A stretch of 39,709 nucleotides of DNA from a candidate division FCPU426 bacterium (GCA_030637655.1 DAOWGI010000097.1:1-39709); one strand, 5' to 3'. Shown: positions 1 through 15,000, counted from the stretch's first letter. Program-made: numbers and translations. Notes: generated by a model not told the origin, from the letters alone.

Positions 1-3000
1 CCCCTCAGGCAGGTCTTTCATTTTAGCAATGGCTAACATCACTTTTTTAATATCATGTTCCCATCCCTTTAGCTCTGGCATGGCATTCAGCATATCCTGC
101 AGATTCAATTTGGCTGCCAGCTCTTCAGCCTGACTTTCCATACTTTCTCTTTGCTTTAAGGCCTCTGCTGCTTCCTGAAGATAGCCATTTACCAGACTCA
201 TGAACTCGGTCGAAAAAACCGCCTCTTGCTTCCGCTTAACTTCCTGCCACAGCGCAGGAGTCATTTCTCCGCGGGCCAGTGCTTTTTGCTCAGGTGCTTT
301 TTTCTCCAATTCCGCGCCGGCATAACCGCTCATGCCAAAGGCCGCAGCCACTGGGTCCCAGCGGCTCTCCATTAGGTTTTTTCTGTTTTGATACTCCGCA
401 ATGCTGCTTAATAAAAAAGCCTTCGTGTAATAGACCAGCCGCTCGCTTAATCCTGCCTCAGGATCAATATCTTTTTCCAGCACCACGCACAGGCTGTCAG
501 GAACAAAATACTGTACCCGGGTACTATGATCCGCTTGCTCAGTTCTTTCAATACACGCGCCCAACGGTTCACCATTCCAGAGACGCGTAAAGAAGTTTCC
601 TCTGGCTGATAACCCGACAAACTCCGTCTTCTTTGTGTTAAACCGTCCGGCCATTACATCGTCTGCGATCAGTGTGCTTCGCTTGAAGGCTTCTACACGC
701 GGCGTATTAGAAATAGTGCCTACTGGTTCTGTTCCAGGCAGGCAGGCAAAAACAGCTACCGCGCTTTGCAGCAGGAATATCCCGGCCAACACGATTCCAG
801 CCGCAGCCTGAAGCGGTAAGCGCAGGTTCGGATTTCCGCTGGTGCTGCGATCATTGGCAAATAGAATCGAGCGCACCAGATATTGCATGATTCTCACGGG
901 CAATTCCCGCAGTTGCCGGATCGGAACATTTAACGGCTGCGGCAGAATCCTCCGCAGGCGACGTATTTCCGCTTCAATCGCGCTTTTAGGCTGTTCTGCT
1001 TGACCTTCAGCTGCTTTACCGAGTCCAAAGAATTTCTCTTCGCGTATAGCTTGCGTTTTACCTGCTTGCGCCCTTTTTTGCCGCCACTTTTCATGCACAG
1101 TTTGAATAAAGGGCAGCATAGCTAACATACCGGTAAAATCATTTCCGAATTTTTCATGATACATAATTCGCGCGTGCACTTTCGGATCAATTTCTCCGAT
1201 CAATTCCAGGCCTCGGTCCATAATTTTTATCTCGGCCGGACTCATTTGCCGTCGCACTTCATTGTCAGACCAGGCTGGAGCCACATAAATTGCTTTTAAA
1301 AATAATCGTAATTTAACCGGGCGCGGAATTGTATCAGCCTGGTGTTCTTCCAGATAATTTTCCTGCATACTCTTATACACAGCTTTATTCACTACCCAAC
1401 CTATGTTCGCGAACCGGACAGCAGCATAGATTAAATAACCGCCCAGGAGTATAAGCGCAATTACAGCAAAGCCTGCCGCCGGATTATCAATGCCCGTGGA
1501 AATGATTAATTGAACCTCTTCATATAAAGCCTGGAATGCGAACCCGGATAGAACAGAACATATATATGCCCATAAGGCGCGGAAAGGATGCGCTTTTGAT
1601 TTTTCCCTGGCTTCAGCATCATGCCTTTTTTTGGCTGCCTCGATGCCTGCTTGTCTTTTCAAATAGTTCCTATAATTTTCTTTAATCTGAGCATCCTCAC
1701 CTCTGATTTCGGTCGGCGACAGGTCCAGGTACTGCCTAACCTTTTCCGCCATTTCCTCATCGCGCTCACGGTCTTTGGCAGTCAGCTTCTTGGTCTCAAC
1801 CTTCTCTTTTGGCAGTCCCAGAATATACCATTGGTTACCAGACTGCAGAATAATCCGCTCGATCTGAAGCGTGGTCCCAGGTGTAAAGCCAATGCAAAAG
1901 TTGAACATGCGGCGCTGCCATTCAGGGTCACTCGCCTGCTCAACGCCGACCTGCTCATAGACCGGACCCATAATCTTCAAAAAGGCTTCATCTTCCTCTT
2001 GTTCTTCAGCCAAATTGCCATAAATATCTTCTAAAACAGGCCTAAGCACCGGATCTTTGCTCCGGATGGTAGAAAGCTCAAAGAAAAATTTAAGCAAATC
2101 TATGGACGGATAGCCGCCTTGCGTGGCAAAAAACTGTATTCTTCTATAAATCGTCCCAAAATCCGAATCATCCTTTTCGCGTTGAACTTTGAGTTGATTT
2201 TCCCGGAAGCGTTCATTTTCCATCATGAGTTGGTTGACTTTGAAGATGCTCTCTCTATATTTCGGATTCTCCAGCATGAACTGGTTTATTTCCCGCATGA
2301 CCTCACGGTAATCTTTATTCTCCATTTTCTTCTGTTCAACCCGAAAGATCATCTTTCGGTAACCGCTATGCGTCATGAGCAAATCAGCAACCGCCTGCAT
2401 AATCTCCTGGTATTTAGGGCTGCCCATTTTTATATTCTCAACATCCTGCATGATCTTCCGATACGCCATGTTTTTCATCTTTTCCCGGAAGACTTGATTC
2501 TGAATACTGCGATACCATTCTTCCTGGTTTAAGAACTCCTCAACCTCGTAATTATTAAATCTGATGCGTGTACCCACTAGAGTATCATCGCGTAAAGTTT
2601 CCTGCTGCGCGACATCCCGCTGTTGAAAAAAATCTCCGAATTTTATATCTGTAACCTGCAATTGGTTAATCTCCCAATCGATCTGACGATAGAGCTTTCC
2701 CCACTTACCGTCCTTCTGCCTAAGTTTGGTTACAATCCACTCATTTTTCTGCGCGATCTCGTCATAGGGCGTGTACGCCTCCTGCAATTTCTGGATTTCC
2801 AGATTGATTTTTTCCATAATAGGTTCAAAGTCTTTATCAGCCAGCATTTCGCGCTGGATCGGTGTGGTTATTGGCACGGAAATCTTTTCCTGATAGACTG
2901 GAATCATTTCCACAAGTTGCAGAAATTGTCGCATTTTTGTCCGCTGAGATACCGGAACGCCTCCTTTAGTGGATGGCCATTTTATATTAAGCAAGTAATC

Positions 3001-6000
3001 GGCAAACTTATTAAAACTAAGTTTTTGGACTCCAGCTATACCAGGAGCGCCATCCCAAGCCTGCCATTCCTGTTTGACCAATTTTTCATCCAGATCGAAT
3101 TGTCTGCAGAATTGATGGATCAATTCATCACGAATCTGTGGATTCGCCTCCAGTGCCCGGCCTATGCCTAATTCTATCCGGTTATCCCATTGACGTTTTT
3201 TGCCTTCCAGACGATTGCTGTGCGGATGATCGGCAATCTCCCGACGCATTCTTTCTTTGGAAAACTGATTCCAGTCCCATATTCCAGCCATAATCTCGTC
3301 GCGCTTCGGATGCTTATCAATATCCGCCAGGTTCAGTCCCCGCTGTTTAATGATATACGCGTCGTCAGCATCAGCGAAGCTCTCTTTACCTGTTGAAAGC
3401 TCAATGGTGTATGAATCAGCAGTAGCAGCAAATTCCTTGTCACCTTTTTCATTGGCATGCCTGGCAACCAGTTTGCGCCGTTTTCGGCCCATTTTGAGTA
3501 AGAAATCAAACAAGGCTTGATCCTGATTCCTCGCACAACGCAGACTCTGGTCGAATTCAAGATCCCGTTTCAGTATTTGGTTGACAAATGCCTGACTTTC
3601 CATTTCTTTCTGCATCAGCGTGTTACGCTTTTCCCCGGCAGCAAGAAGATGGTCTCTGGCACCGGTTTTGCCTACTTTTTTTTGCGAATCCAGTTTTTGT
3701 TGTACCAGGCTAAAAGCCAGACCACCGGCCTCTCTCTCCATTTTTTGATAGGCCGGGTCTTTACGCGCCTCAGTCTCTTGCTCATATTGATAACCCGCAG
3801 CAGCACGCAAGATCTTATCCAGCAAATCTAAATTTTTCTGGATCCGTTGATACGTCAATTCATCAGCTTGTTTAAGCAGTTCAGAGAAGCCTGTCAATTT
3901 ATGTCTTTCCTGGTATTGATATTCAGCAGCCACATCCAGCATGGATCCGTAGCCTGGTAACAGCCGTCTGATCTGTTCCAATTCATGCTTTTTATTAACA
4001 GCTTCCTGCCGGCGGGCTTTGTAGGCTGGATCATTTTTACTCTTTTGATCCTCTTCATATTGGAGCTCCGCTGCCTTCTCTTTCATCACGCGATACACCG
4101 AAGACTTCATTGCATCCTGCTCCAGCTCATAAAGACGTTCAGCTTTTTGGTCGTCAAAAGCCTTAAAATTATCGTTGGTTTTGAACTCATCCTGACGCAA
4201 AGTATATTCTTTTTCCGCCCGGCGTTTAAGTTCAGCCAAAAGCTCCGGATTCTTTTTACTCTCTGCTAACAGGCGGATAGCTTCTCTTCGGGAAGCTTTA
4301 AGCAAATCATCACTTACTCCGGCTGCCTCAAGCGCCTGAAAGACTTTTTCCGCATAGTAAGCACGTCGTTCCAGAAAAGCTTCCACATCTTTCTGATCAG
4401 TTTTGCGCAGCAGTTCTTCCAGAATAACCGTGGCCCGGAAGTCGTAATTATCCTTTAAAAATCCAACCTCCGCCTCTCCGAGCGGTCCGGCATAACCTTT
4501 CAGCATTTTCCTGAAAAATCGATTATCAATCACATAGCTATTTTCACCCGGCCCCAGAGCTATTGGCACTGTAAACGCCGTGCCATCCGGCCGGTTAATA
4601 AAACAGTAGGCAGAACCCGGCACTCCGGCCTCACCCTTTATGCTCTTGATTTCGATGATTACCCTGATAATATCATCAATGATCGCAAAAGGCGCAGCCA
4701 CTGTGCCGTGACGTCTATCCTGCCTCGGTTTTCCTGCCTCAACATCATCGAGCACATAGCGAATCACCACTGAACCGTCAGGTTGAACCTCTCCCACAGC
4801 ACGTACAGCACCCCACTCTTTGACGGTTTCTACGTATGTCCTTTCAATAGCCAGCGGCGTTTGATCATGTTCACGTTGGGTTGTGGTTTGTCTGTCTTTA
4901 ATATCCAGAAATAATTTGGGCTGATCAGTAGTCCGGCTGACAGCAACCTCCCCGGCTTCATCCAGAGTTCTTTCAATCCGGGTTTTATCGGAAAAGGCGC
5001 CTGACCAGAAATTGGTCACACGCTGCCAATTGTTACTAATAGCAATCACCGCCATAAGCAGAATAAACGTATAGCCCAGCATCCGGTAGGGCGCACGGGT
5101 AAAACGGCGCTGTTTGGCCATAGTCTGCTGCCGCCTGGCCTGGCGATCAGCTTGCGAAGGCTGCAACAACTTTTTATTGCTGAAAAACTCAACCCGTGCA
5201 CCACGGAATTCTTTACGAAACCAGGTTCCCAAGTTGAACAAATGACGCAAGCCAAAAGGCAAACGTCGGCTCAAATTCATACCCAGGTTTCTATCCAGAT
5301 AGTGCTGCCATTCATGCCGCAGTAATTTTTTCTGCTTAGCAGCAGACATAAGATAGAAGAAAGCATCAACTTCCAGAGTATTGGTGGATTTGTTATAATT
5401 AAGGCCGTGCCTAATGAAGAGATACTTGAGCCGGCCAAGCCCTTTCTCATCCGGCATAATCCTGATATTAAGAGGCGCGCTCGGATCATCCAGCAGACCT
5501 AAATCTGCAAGCTTGTTCTTGATATACACCGTTTCAGCCTCAGTTAAGGGAACCCTTTTGGTAAAAGCCATCTTAGCCAAAGAAATTTGATACGGCGCGG
5601 ACAAGAGCCAAAGCGCAGCGGCAAGCACAGTCGGCAAGCTTAAAGCCAGCAGCAGCCAGGCATTGCCGCCATCCAGGCAAGCATAAACCAGGAATCCGCC
5701 AATTAGAGGTAAGACCGCAAATATTGGACCAAAGAAAAGTTTGGGTTGGAACGAGCCCTTCTTCTTAACCTGTGGTTGTTGGCGTTGTTGGCGCAGCTTG
5801 GTTCTGGTATATTGCTCATGTCTTTTTTTACTGGCTTTAATACCCTTTTCGATACTCTGTGTTTGTTTCCACGCCTCTTTATCATGCTTATCTTTCAGTC
5901 CTTGAACAATCTCAACTTCCTTCTGGACTTGCGGCGCAAATTGAATCGCAGCTAAGCCTCCCGCTCTTACACTCTCGATGGGCAACACAACTTTCCAGTG

Positions 6001-9000
6001 TCTTAGATATTCCAGAACTTCCTCTCCTGGCGGAAGATCTGTAAGCAAGTCAGTCGTATTTTTAAATCCAAAATGTTTCGCGTAATAATTAAGTTCCTGC
6101 TGTATTTCACGAGTTAGATCATTGTGAAAATTAGTATGATTAATCGGCGCCAACCCGAGCTTGGGCAAATGGTAATCCGGATAAGCAAATTCGCCGGCAA
6201 AAGCATCAATAACTTTGTACAGTTCTTGATAGGTCTGGAATTCCGGCAGATTGCCCATATCTTCAATCCGGTACCCGGCTTTTGCCAGAATCTTTTGAAA
6301 CCGGACTTTATCGATTTTTAAGGGTAGAATATCGCCGCCGCGGTAGGTAGTTAGATCCTTTTCAATTTGCCTGACCCAGTCCTGCCAGCTCCTGGTATGC
6401 AAGAGAACGCGTCCTTTGGACCTTGGCAATTCGCGGGAATTGAGTTTCTTTTCCAGAAGAATATCGCCGCAATTCTGTATAAAAACAGCTAACTGGCTGC
6501 CTGCAAGGCGTCTGGCTTTGATATATGTCTGGAAGTCCGGGAAACCCATGTTCCGGGCCATTTGGTTGTATTGATCAAGAGTGTACTTCTTTGGCACTAC
6601 TGCATCCAACCAGGCTTTGACACGAACATCGCTGTCTAAAACTACCTCTTTGGTACCCTTTTGCTGTTCATAAATAATTACTCCGCCATCGCCCTGAAGT
6701 CCTGCCTTGTACAGCAGATTATCCACTAAAGCTATAATCTTAAATGGCCAGGGATGGTAGTACCCAATTTTCCCGTAAAAATATGGATTGCTACCCAAAA
6801 AACGAGTCACCCGCTGCGGTTCGACCTGTTGGTTGAAATATGTCCACCAATCCCAGATATGATTCCAGGAACGGCTCACTCCATGCAATGTGAACCAGAT
6901 AATAAATGCTGCCAGCATGGCACGCTTGGGTGTCTCGGAAAGCCGATAGAGCAAACGATTAAAGGTTTTGGTCCGAAGCACCAGATTCAGTATGAGCAGC
7001 ACAACCAGCAGAATCAATTGAATCGCCAGACTATTATGAATGGTTTTGCACACACGCCAAATGGTTTGCAGTGATTTGGGAACCTCGTGGCTGCCTGTTA
7101 GATCTTTCTCAAACTCCTTAATAATCCGGTTGCGATATTCATCCGAATGCTCTTTGACCTCGAAATCTCCGCCATGAAGCGCGCGCACATCGGGATTGAT
7201 ATCATCCATTAATGTGCGACGGGTTTCTTTTTCCCACATAGTCATACCGCCGCGCTGAAATTTGTACCATGGCACAGTACCGATTTTTTCAAAACCTGTA
7301 TGGATCTGAAGCCTATCATAACCGGAATTCCCCACCAGAACACGGTTCAAAGAGTATTGCGGACTATTGACTAGATACTCAACAAAAGGCGTCATGGAGT
7401 TCATTCCGCGCTGAAAACCCATGGTTGCAGCATCTGAACGCAGATCAGTCGGCACGCCCCCATACCTTTGGTTGTACTGAATCTGGTCAGCACTCATTCC
7501 TATTGAATTGCGGGGTATGGAGGTAACCACTGGGAACTCAGTACCTACGACCAGGTACCGGCTATTCATAGTGCCTGCCATACCGCGGATGCTGCACAAC
7601 TCTACGATTGTCTTCAGATCAATATATGGCGACTGCAACATTGGCAGGAAATCTTTGTTATCTACACCTGGTTCGCTAAGAGATTTTTCAGGCGTTTTAA
7701 TTGGTTGGCGTTCCGCGCCCTTCTGAATCCTGATAATTTTCCGTCTCGGATCCTGATGCTCGGCTGAGCCAATGATAATATTAGGCGCCTGGCCTTTTCC
7801 TTGCAGCAGAATTTTAAATCGGGCATCCTGAGCTGCATCCAGCATTTGAATACTAAGAAGAGCTTGCTGACCATCACAAGATACCATCTCCATCTCTGTA
7901 GATAAGGAAGGTTTGAGAACAAACTCATAATATTCACCGGTTTCCTTATTTTTTAGAAGAAGTTCACGTGCTTCCGGACCAATTTCATAATACATGAGTC
8001 CTTTGGACAAATAGGGTGATAAGCGAATCCAATTTTTCTCCTTGCCTGCGCGCCGGGCCATTTCCGGCGAAACTTCAATAGCCAACTGCAGATTAGCCAG
8101 AGGTGTCTGACTGTGCGCATAGGCCATAATCGCGACCGGCAGTTCTGTCAGGCGTACGCGAATATTGCTGATACCATATTCTTTCCCGCCTTTTTCTTCA
8201 GTTTGCTCGATCTTCCCGGTTCCTTCCGGATCAATAATAGGACGAATCCATTCACCGGCATTTTTTGGCACCAATATGGTGTTTTGTTGTAGTGTACCTG
8301 GTTTATCTTTAATTGCTTCTACAGCGTCTGATTTAACTATCTTGAACTGGAACACAGCCTGAGCATCCAAATTACCATTTTGACTGCGCATATCCCTGAT
8401 ACCAAAAGACAATTCAAAGCTTTGCTCACCTCTAAGTCCGTGCTGGCGTAGAAAATCAGCGATGTTGATCTCTTCGCCGAAACTTTCGCTCTCTTGTACA
8501 AGGTTCATGGTTCCTAAAGTGGAATTATGAATTTGGACAAAATACTGGCCACGGCGCTGGTCAAGCGCTAGTTTGAGACACACATTTTCTCTGTCTAAAT
8601 GGACCTTAACCCTGCCCGGCATACGAACCGCGCCCTGGTTAGGTGCCGGTGTTCCGGATTGCGCGGGCCGGGCATTGCCCTTAACCATGATACCCGGGGT
8701 GTCAATTTTATCCGGTGTGGCATCCCGCGCATTTCGGTGGTTGCCATTGAAAACCTCGACTGAACCCGAGGACAGCAAAGGCCGGTCTTCTTCTTTCTCC
8801 GGTTGGACCCTGGTCACCTCAACATCCATGGACCGGCTTTGCCACATCTGTTCTGTAAAGCTGTTATCTGCAAACTTGATTAAGCGAGTGGTGTCGCTTT
8901 TATCTACATACACTTTAAGTTGGCGCGGCTTGGCTTGAACCTCACTCAAGTCTGTAGCACGCGTTTTTGCCAAATCCTGAAAGCCTGGCGGCAGAGTATT

Positions 9001-12000
9001 GACCTGTCCAGCCTGGTAGGCAAAGAAAATCCCGCTAATGTCATGGGCTGCAAAGAGTGTAGTATTGAGCTGTTCTACTGAGCTTTCGCTAACCTGGCCC
9101 GGAAAATCGGCAATCACAATAGCGCAATTAAGCGTGTTATTGCGCAAAAATGCTTTGATTTTTTCAATTTGCGGTCCAAGCGGAGAATTCGGATCATCTG
9201 CCTGAATACTAATGATATCCACTTTTTCCAGTACATGCGGATCAAGCAGACGGTACACTGCATCAGCACTCGTGGTTTCAATCATCACTGCGTGCTGTCT
9301 ATTATCTATCGTCTTTATAAAAGAGACCATTTTCTTGTGCCAACGGATCGAGTTCTCGTGGGCATATATCCGCTGTATAAACTCAGGTTTATTCCGGACA
9401 GCTTGATCCGGCCGATCAGTCAGGCCCCAGATGATATTCGGATACTTACCCAGACACTGGATAATCGTCTGTGCATGCGCCTGGTTCTCTGTTTCATGCG
9501 TATCGAGATCATAATCTGTATAACCATTGAACAAGCTGATGGCGACCATCATGTTCCGAGCTTTTGCTTGCCTGACGATCTGCTCCAGTTTACTCAAATA
9601 CGCTTTATTAACATTTTCCCGGCCAAAGGCTTGATAGGGCACAAACACGCGTGCACTGTTACCATCCTGATTTTGGATATCCTGGAGTGTGCTTTGAATA
9701 CTCTGAGTAGTAGCCGCATCCCACCAGGCTGGTTGCTTGCTTTCATCCAAATTGGCGCCCACGAGTTTGATCACATTCCCTTGCTGTTTATCTGTGATCT
9801 GACCGTAGCCTTCCACCGGCTTGCCTCTTACCTGATACTCCCCTGTTACACCTGTAACTTTTTCAACCATCTCAGGTAACTTGTAGGCAAAGCGCCATTG
9901 TTGATCACCATTGCCGCGCATTCGTATCCAATAATTGCCATCCGCATCCCGGACCGTATGAATATCCAATCCTGAAAACACGCCTTGGGTATTACGTTCA
10001 GTAGGAATCGAGAATTGAGTGCGTTGCTTTGTCACGTCCACACCAATATTAGGCCGGGAACCGGCATCAGGATTAACATATCCATACTGAGTTATCAGGG
10101 TAATTCCCGGATTTTCAATCATATATTGAATCTCAGGCGGACATCGATCAGGCCTGAGCAGACTTATGCCCTTGATCCTGGCGCCTGTGCCGGCAACCAC
10201 CTCATTGCGGCCTTTGGCTGTCGTAAGTGTTCCGGACTCAGGATCTTCGTGTCCACGAACTGTCTCCTCCATCCATTGACCAACCAGGCCGATATCCAGA
10301 CGAATGGCGCCGCCAACCTCTGCCAGCTTATCTTTGGGCAGCACAACAAAATAAGTCTGGCCGCCCTGCGGGATATCCAAAGCAACCAGAGGTTTTTCAA
10401 TTTTTTCAGTCGGTCGTGCGGATACTGCTTGCACATGCTTTTGACGGCGCTGCTTAGCTTCCTGTTCAGCGATCTTATAGGCCAACTCAACCGCCTGATG
10501 TCTATCCGCTTCATTCGTCGCTTTGGCTTGTAATTCTTTAATTAATTGCTGCACACGTTTCCGATGAATTTGAGCCTCAACTTCACCTTCATGCTGGAAT
10601 TTATCTCCAACAATTTTTATAAACAGCGGTGTCCCGGGAGTAATCTCATCCACCTGGATAGCAACAACATTCATATCCGTGGGTATGATCATCTTGCCGG
10701 TAGCATAACCAGTGCGCTGCCTGGTGCTGGTTCCTTTAATGTCAATGCTGTTATCCGGGTTTTGCGTGATTCTGACTCCGCGTTCATCCATGCCCCAAAC
10801 ACGAAGATTTTTACTGAGAACATAACGGTCTCGACTTGCCACCACTGGGATCGGGATTTCACCGTCTTCAAAAGCTTGCTCAATCCGCTCATCCGTCATC
10901 TGAAAAAAATCAAAAGACTGCACTGTAAACGGTTTTACAGGTGTCATATCAGGCCGATTAGCCATCTCATTCATCACAAAATTGCGGAACAAGGTATTGT
11001 TCAGGGTAATATCTTCTCCCATACGGCTGCGATAAAAGAGCTGCCCTATATACCTGGCTGCGCGCAATTCATTCCAGCCGTCCAGAGCCAACCACTGATC
11101 AGCAATATCCTTGTGCAATAACTTGTAGGGACTAAAGTGTTGGAGCAGTTGCTCATCTGTAAGTGAAGGATTAACCTTCCAAAAATTGATACCCAACTCT
11201 TGCTCAAACTTCAACTCCATCCCTTTTATATACTCAACCAGGTCTGTGGGCAAAACACGTCCTAACTGGACTTTGTCAGCTACTTTGCGCCAGAATAAGG
11301 CTTCACGCTGCTGCTGGGCGTTAGAATTGAGCATTTCAAAGAAATTTTCCAAAGTAAGCTGACTTTTATCATAGGCCACAAAGAGCTCGCCTGTTTCTAT
11401 AGGTTTCACTGAGGGTATATCGCGGCCTTTCTTAAAAGCATCAATACACCACTGCATAAATCTTAATTTCCAATTCGTACCCTCAGTTGAAATACGCTTA
11501 TACTCTCCAATCAAAACCTTGGTAATACCCACGAGTTCATCATCAATCGGGCTTTGTCCGCCGGCCACAGGTTCCGGACGAATAAAACGCGCTTCAGGTT
11601 TGTACCATTGCTGGCGGGCAAACATCATGGATTGAAAAATCTTGTCCATATCCCCACGCGTATAGATGCCGTATTTTACCAGTAAACGATCTGACAGAAG
11701 CAGGTCTACCATCTGATCATAATTATCCTCTTCCATGACCCCGGTTTTCCAAAGCCGTTCCGGATCATGCATTAGATCCAGCATATCGGCGGCATCTTTA
11801 AGACCGTAATCCGGGAGTTTATCTAATTGGTCTATATAAACAGCTAAAAGAATATCTTTTGCCCGGCCGCGCTCCAGTTCAGTCTGAGCTTTCTTCTGCG
11901 CCTGATCAAAGAGCGGCGCTTCCTGGTTTTGCCAGGCACGCCGTACCCACTGCTCTTTAACCCCGGGAATCGCCTGGGTACGCGCGGTATCAAACAAGAG

Positions 12001-15000
12001 CCGTTTGCCTTGTACACGCGCTTCATTGATAAGTATCTGCGCTTCCTGATCAATTTCAGCCAGCAAGGTTTTATCCCCGGCTTTGAGCCTGGCGTCAAAG
12101 TCAACTTCAGCCTGTTTACGTAAATCCCTGCGAATAGGTTTGAGCAGACCTAATTTCACTTGAGATTCGTTAGCCAGCTCATTGAATTCCCAGGCGCTCA
12201 GATCAAGCAGACCTCTCAGAATATCCGGAGAGACACCGTATTTATCGCATAATGCCTGAACCCCGGTTGTCTCAAACTGAGTCCCTACAGTAGTTTTCAT
12301 TTGATCCCAGGTCTCACCTACATTGCTATTTTCAATAGCCAGTTCATGCAAAGGCAGCACACGCGCGTCTGTATTGCCGTAAAAATAAGCCGGATGACGG
12401 GTACGAATAAAATCATAGAGAACCTGAGGAGTCCAGTATTTAGAGAAAAAATAGCGCGGCCAGGGAATGAAATGGCGAATCCCACTTTCATCCACCACCA
12501 TCTTCATACCGCTGTCCTCGCGCTGTATGCGCTTCAAATCATTCATAGTAATGGGATTATGGCCATTTTGTGCGATAACGTAATTAAGTTCTGTTAAAAT
12601 CGCATAGTCATCACGGTCACGCATATCCAGTTTGGGATTGGAATGGCCGATCTTGCCGCCTCCACCGGAGAATTTGGTAGCGAGTTCATGCTGCAGGCGG
12701 TCGCCGGGATAGAATTTCAATATCTCCCAATTGTAATACAAAATACGTGTTTCCAGCTCCAGGGCGGAATATTTGCGCAGCGCATGTTGTCTGACCAGAG
12801 TATGGAGATTCATGTTGTTGCTCCAGGCTGTCAGAAGCTCCTCTTGTGAACCAAACTGTTTAAGCAATTCCACCTGGTTATTCATGGACAGCAGCTTTCT
12901 TTGGTTGGCAAAAGTTGTCCGCAATTCTTTCCGGCGGAATAAATTATATTTCAAACTTTTCACTGTGCTGTAGGGTTTAAGCATTTGCGCCAGGCGGTAG
13001 GCTTGTAATAATGATTCCTCAGAAGTATAAACCTCCTGCAAACCAAGACCCTGGAACATAGCCTTCTTTTGTTCAGGTGTAATCCGGCCTTGCTCAAATG
13101 CGCTAAGCGTCACTTGATCAGCTAAGCTCAACTTGCCGTTGCGTTTGGCGCTGTTCAGCATATAATCGAGACACAGGGTCTCAATTTTGAACATGCTCTC
13201 CATAGTAAGCATATTCTCAAAGCCGGCAGGCGAGAGATTTAGTTGTGGAGTGACTAAAAAATTCACAAGTGAAATCTGGTTATTAGCCAGAGTCTCCGGC
13301 TGTTCAGGTAAATTCGAATCCACTACAAAAGCAGTGTCCTTATATTGCACGATAGCCGGACTAAATAGTTCTTCACCGGAATATCCTGCTCTGGGTTTGC
13401 CGTGCCCGGGAGCAGTCACCATAAACTTACGGTATTCGCGTTCAAAATTAACCGGCCTATAAACATGTTCTTCCGGCACGATAAACGTCCAGAAATATTT
13501 ATTTTCCCAGCCGTCAGCTGCAATGCCTGCCCATCGCAAACGCAGCTTACGTTCCAACTCAACCACGCTCCAGCGCTCTGTACCAAAAGCTTTGTGCATA
13601 TCAATAAGTTCTTTTTTCAGTTGCTTGTTCCCGGCTAATCGCAGTTTTTTTAGTTTCGCGAAAACACGGCGTTTTTTTTCTTCATCCGTCCAATTCTGCT
13701 GTTGAGCATCATCAGCCAGGGACTCTAAGGCCAGGCTTACTTGCTGAGCATCCGTCTGGATATCATTGATAAAACGTGGAATTTCACTTGTCCGGCGAGC
13801 GTAAAAATTATACTTGCCAATCTCATAAACCCGGCTATTGTCCTCGCTATAACCATAGATCAGGTCCTGCATGGTCATAATAAAGAAGGTAAAACTGATG
13901 TTCATATCCTGGCAAAAGGCCTTGACCTGCTGATAATCGTAGATATCAATGGTCTGCACACGCTTCCAGAACTCAGTATGCTCAGAAGCCAGACGCAGGT
14001 TCTGCAGATTACCAAAAACCTCTCCCTGGCTGTGATTGATCCGGATGCTTACCTCAGCCACGGTTATATCGGTAATATCCAAACCCTCGCGCAGGATAGC
14101 GCCTTTAAGGTCAAGAGAAACATAGCCATAAGTGAACCAGGGGCGGACATAAATTTCCTGCTCCTGTCTATTATTGGTCAGCACCGTAATCTTCACATCC
14201 AGCCAGCTCTTCTGGCCTTTATATATTCCATTATAATCATACCGGAGATAGCGGGTTCTATTCAGTTCATCAGGTGACATAAGAAAATTAACCTGCGCCC
14301 GTGGTTGTCCGGATTTTGCTTCCAAATAGAAGTTATTCAGATCGCGAGTGACATAAACAGGTGAATATAGCAATTGTTTTGCGTCTTTATCATAAAACAA
14401 CGGCTGGACTAAACCCTTGGTCGTAATACGTTTGAAGGTAACGGGTGTTTCCAGGTTTTTATATTCCCGGTTTTGGATTGCATTAGGAGGCCGTATAATT
14501 TCATCATTCTGCGTATGGGAACAAAGACCGTTCAGCAGATAATCAATTTGATTCACCGGTCCGATCCGGGCAGTATCCGCCCTGGTCCGGCGTCCGCCTT
14601 GTGCCTGCTTGACCCCGGTTTCAGTAGTGCGATCCTCGCGAGGCGTGAACCAGGATGATACGCGCTGCCGGTCAATCGGAGCGGTCCGGTTTATTAAATT
14701 ATCAAAAGCGGTTTGCAAACTCGGCCATTTTAAGCTGCGCGGCGAGCCCATATGCGAGTCCGCTTTTTTCGCGAGAGGCAATACTGAGAGCACAATCAAG
14801 CCGAACATAGCCATATTCAGAATAGCACGCCGCCAGAATCCGGGCTTAGCTTCCCGTTTCTCCTGGTCCGAGGGTTTGCGGTTTATCCGATTACGAACAA
14901 TTTGAATGAGCGCAAAAACTCCTAAGGACAATAAGGCTGTCAGAAAAATAACCAGCCAGGGCCCCTGAATAGAAACCGTAGGTGTGAGCAAAGAGAGCGG

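Noticed and set aside
12180-12265. Lytic transglycosylase (SLT)-like start ALCDKYGVSPDILRGLL
   Set aside because: The catalytic ES motif and the GLMQ motif do not follow, so the similarity is too short to call.
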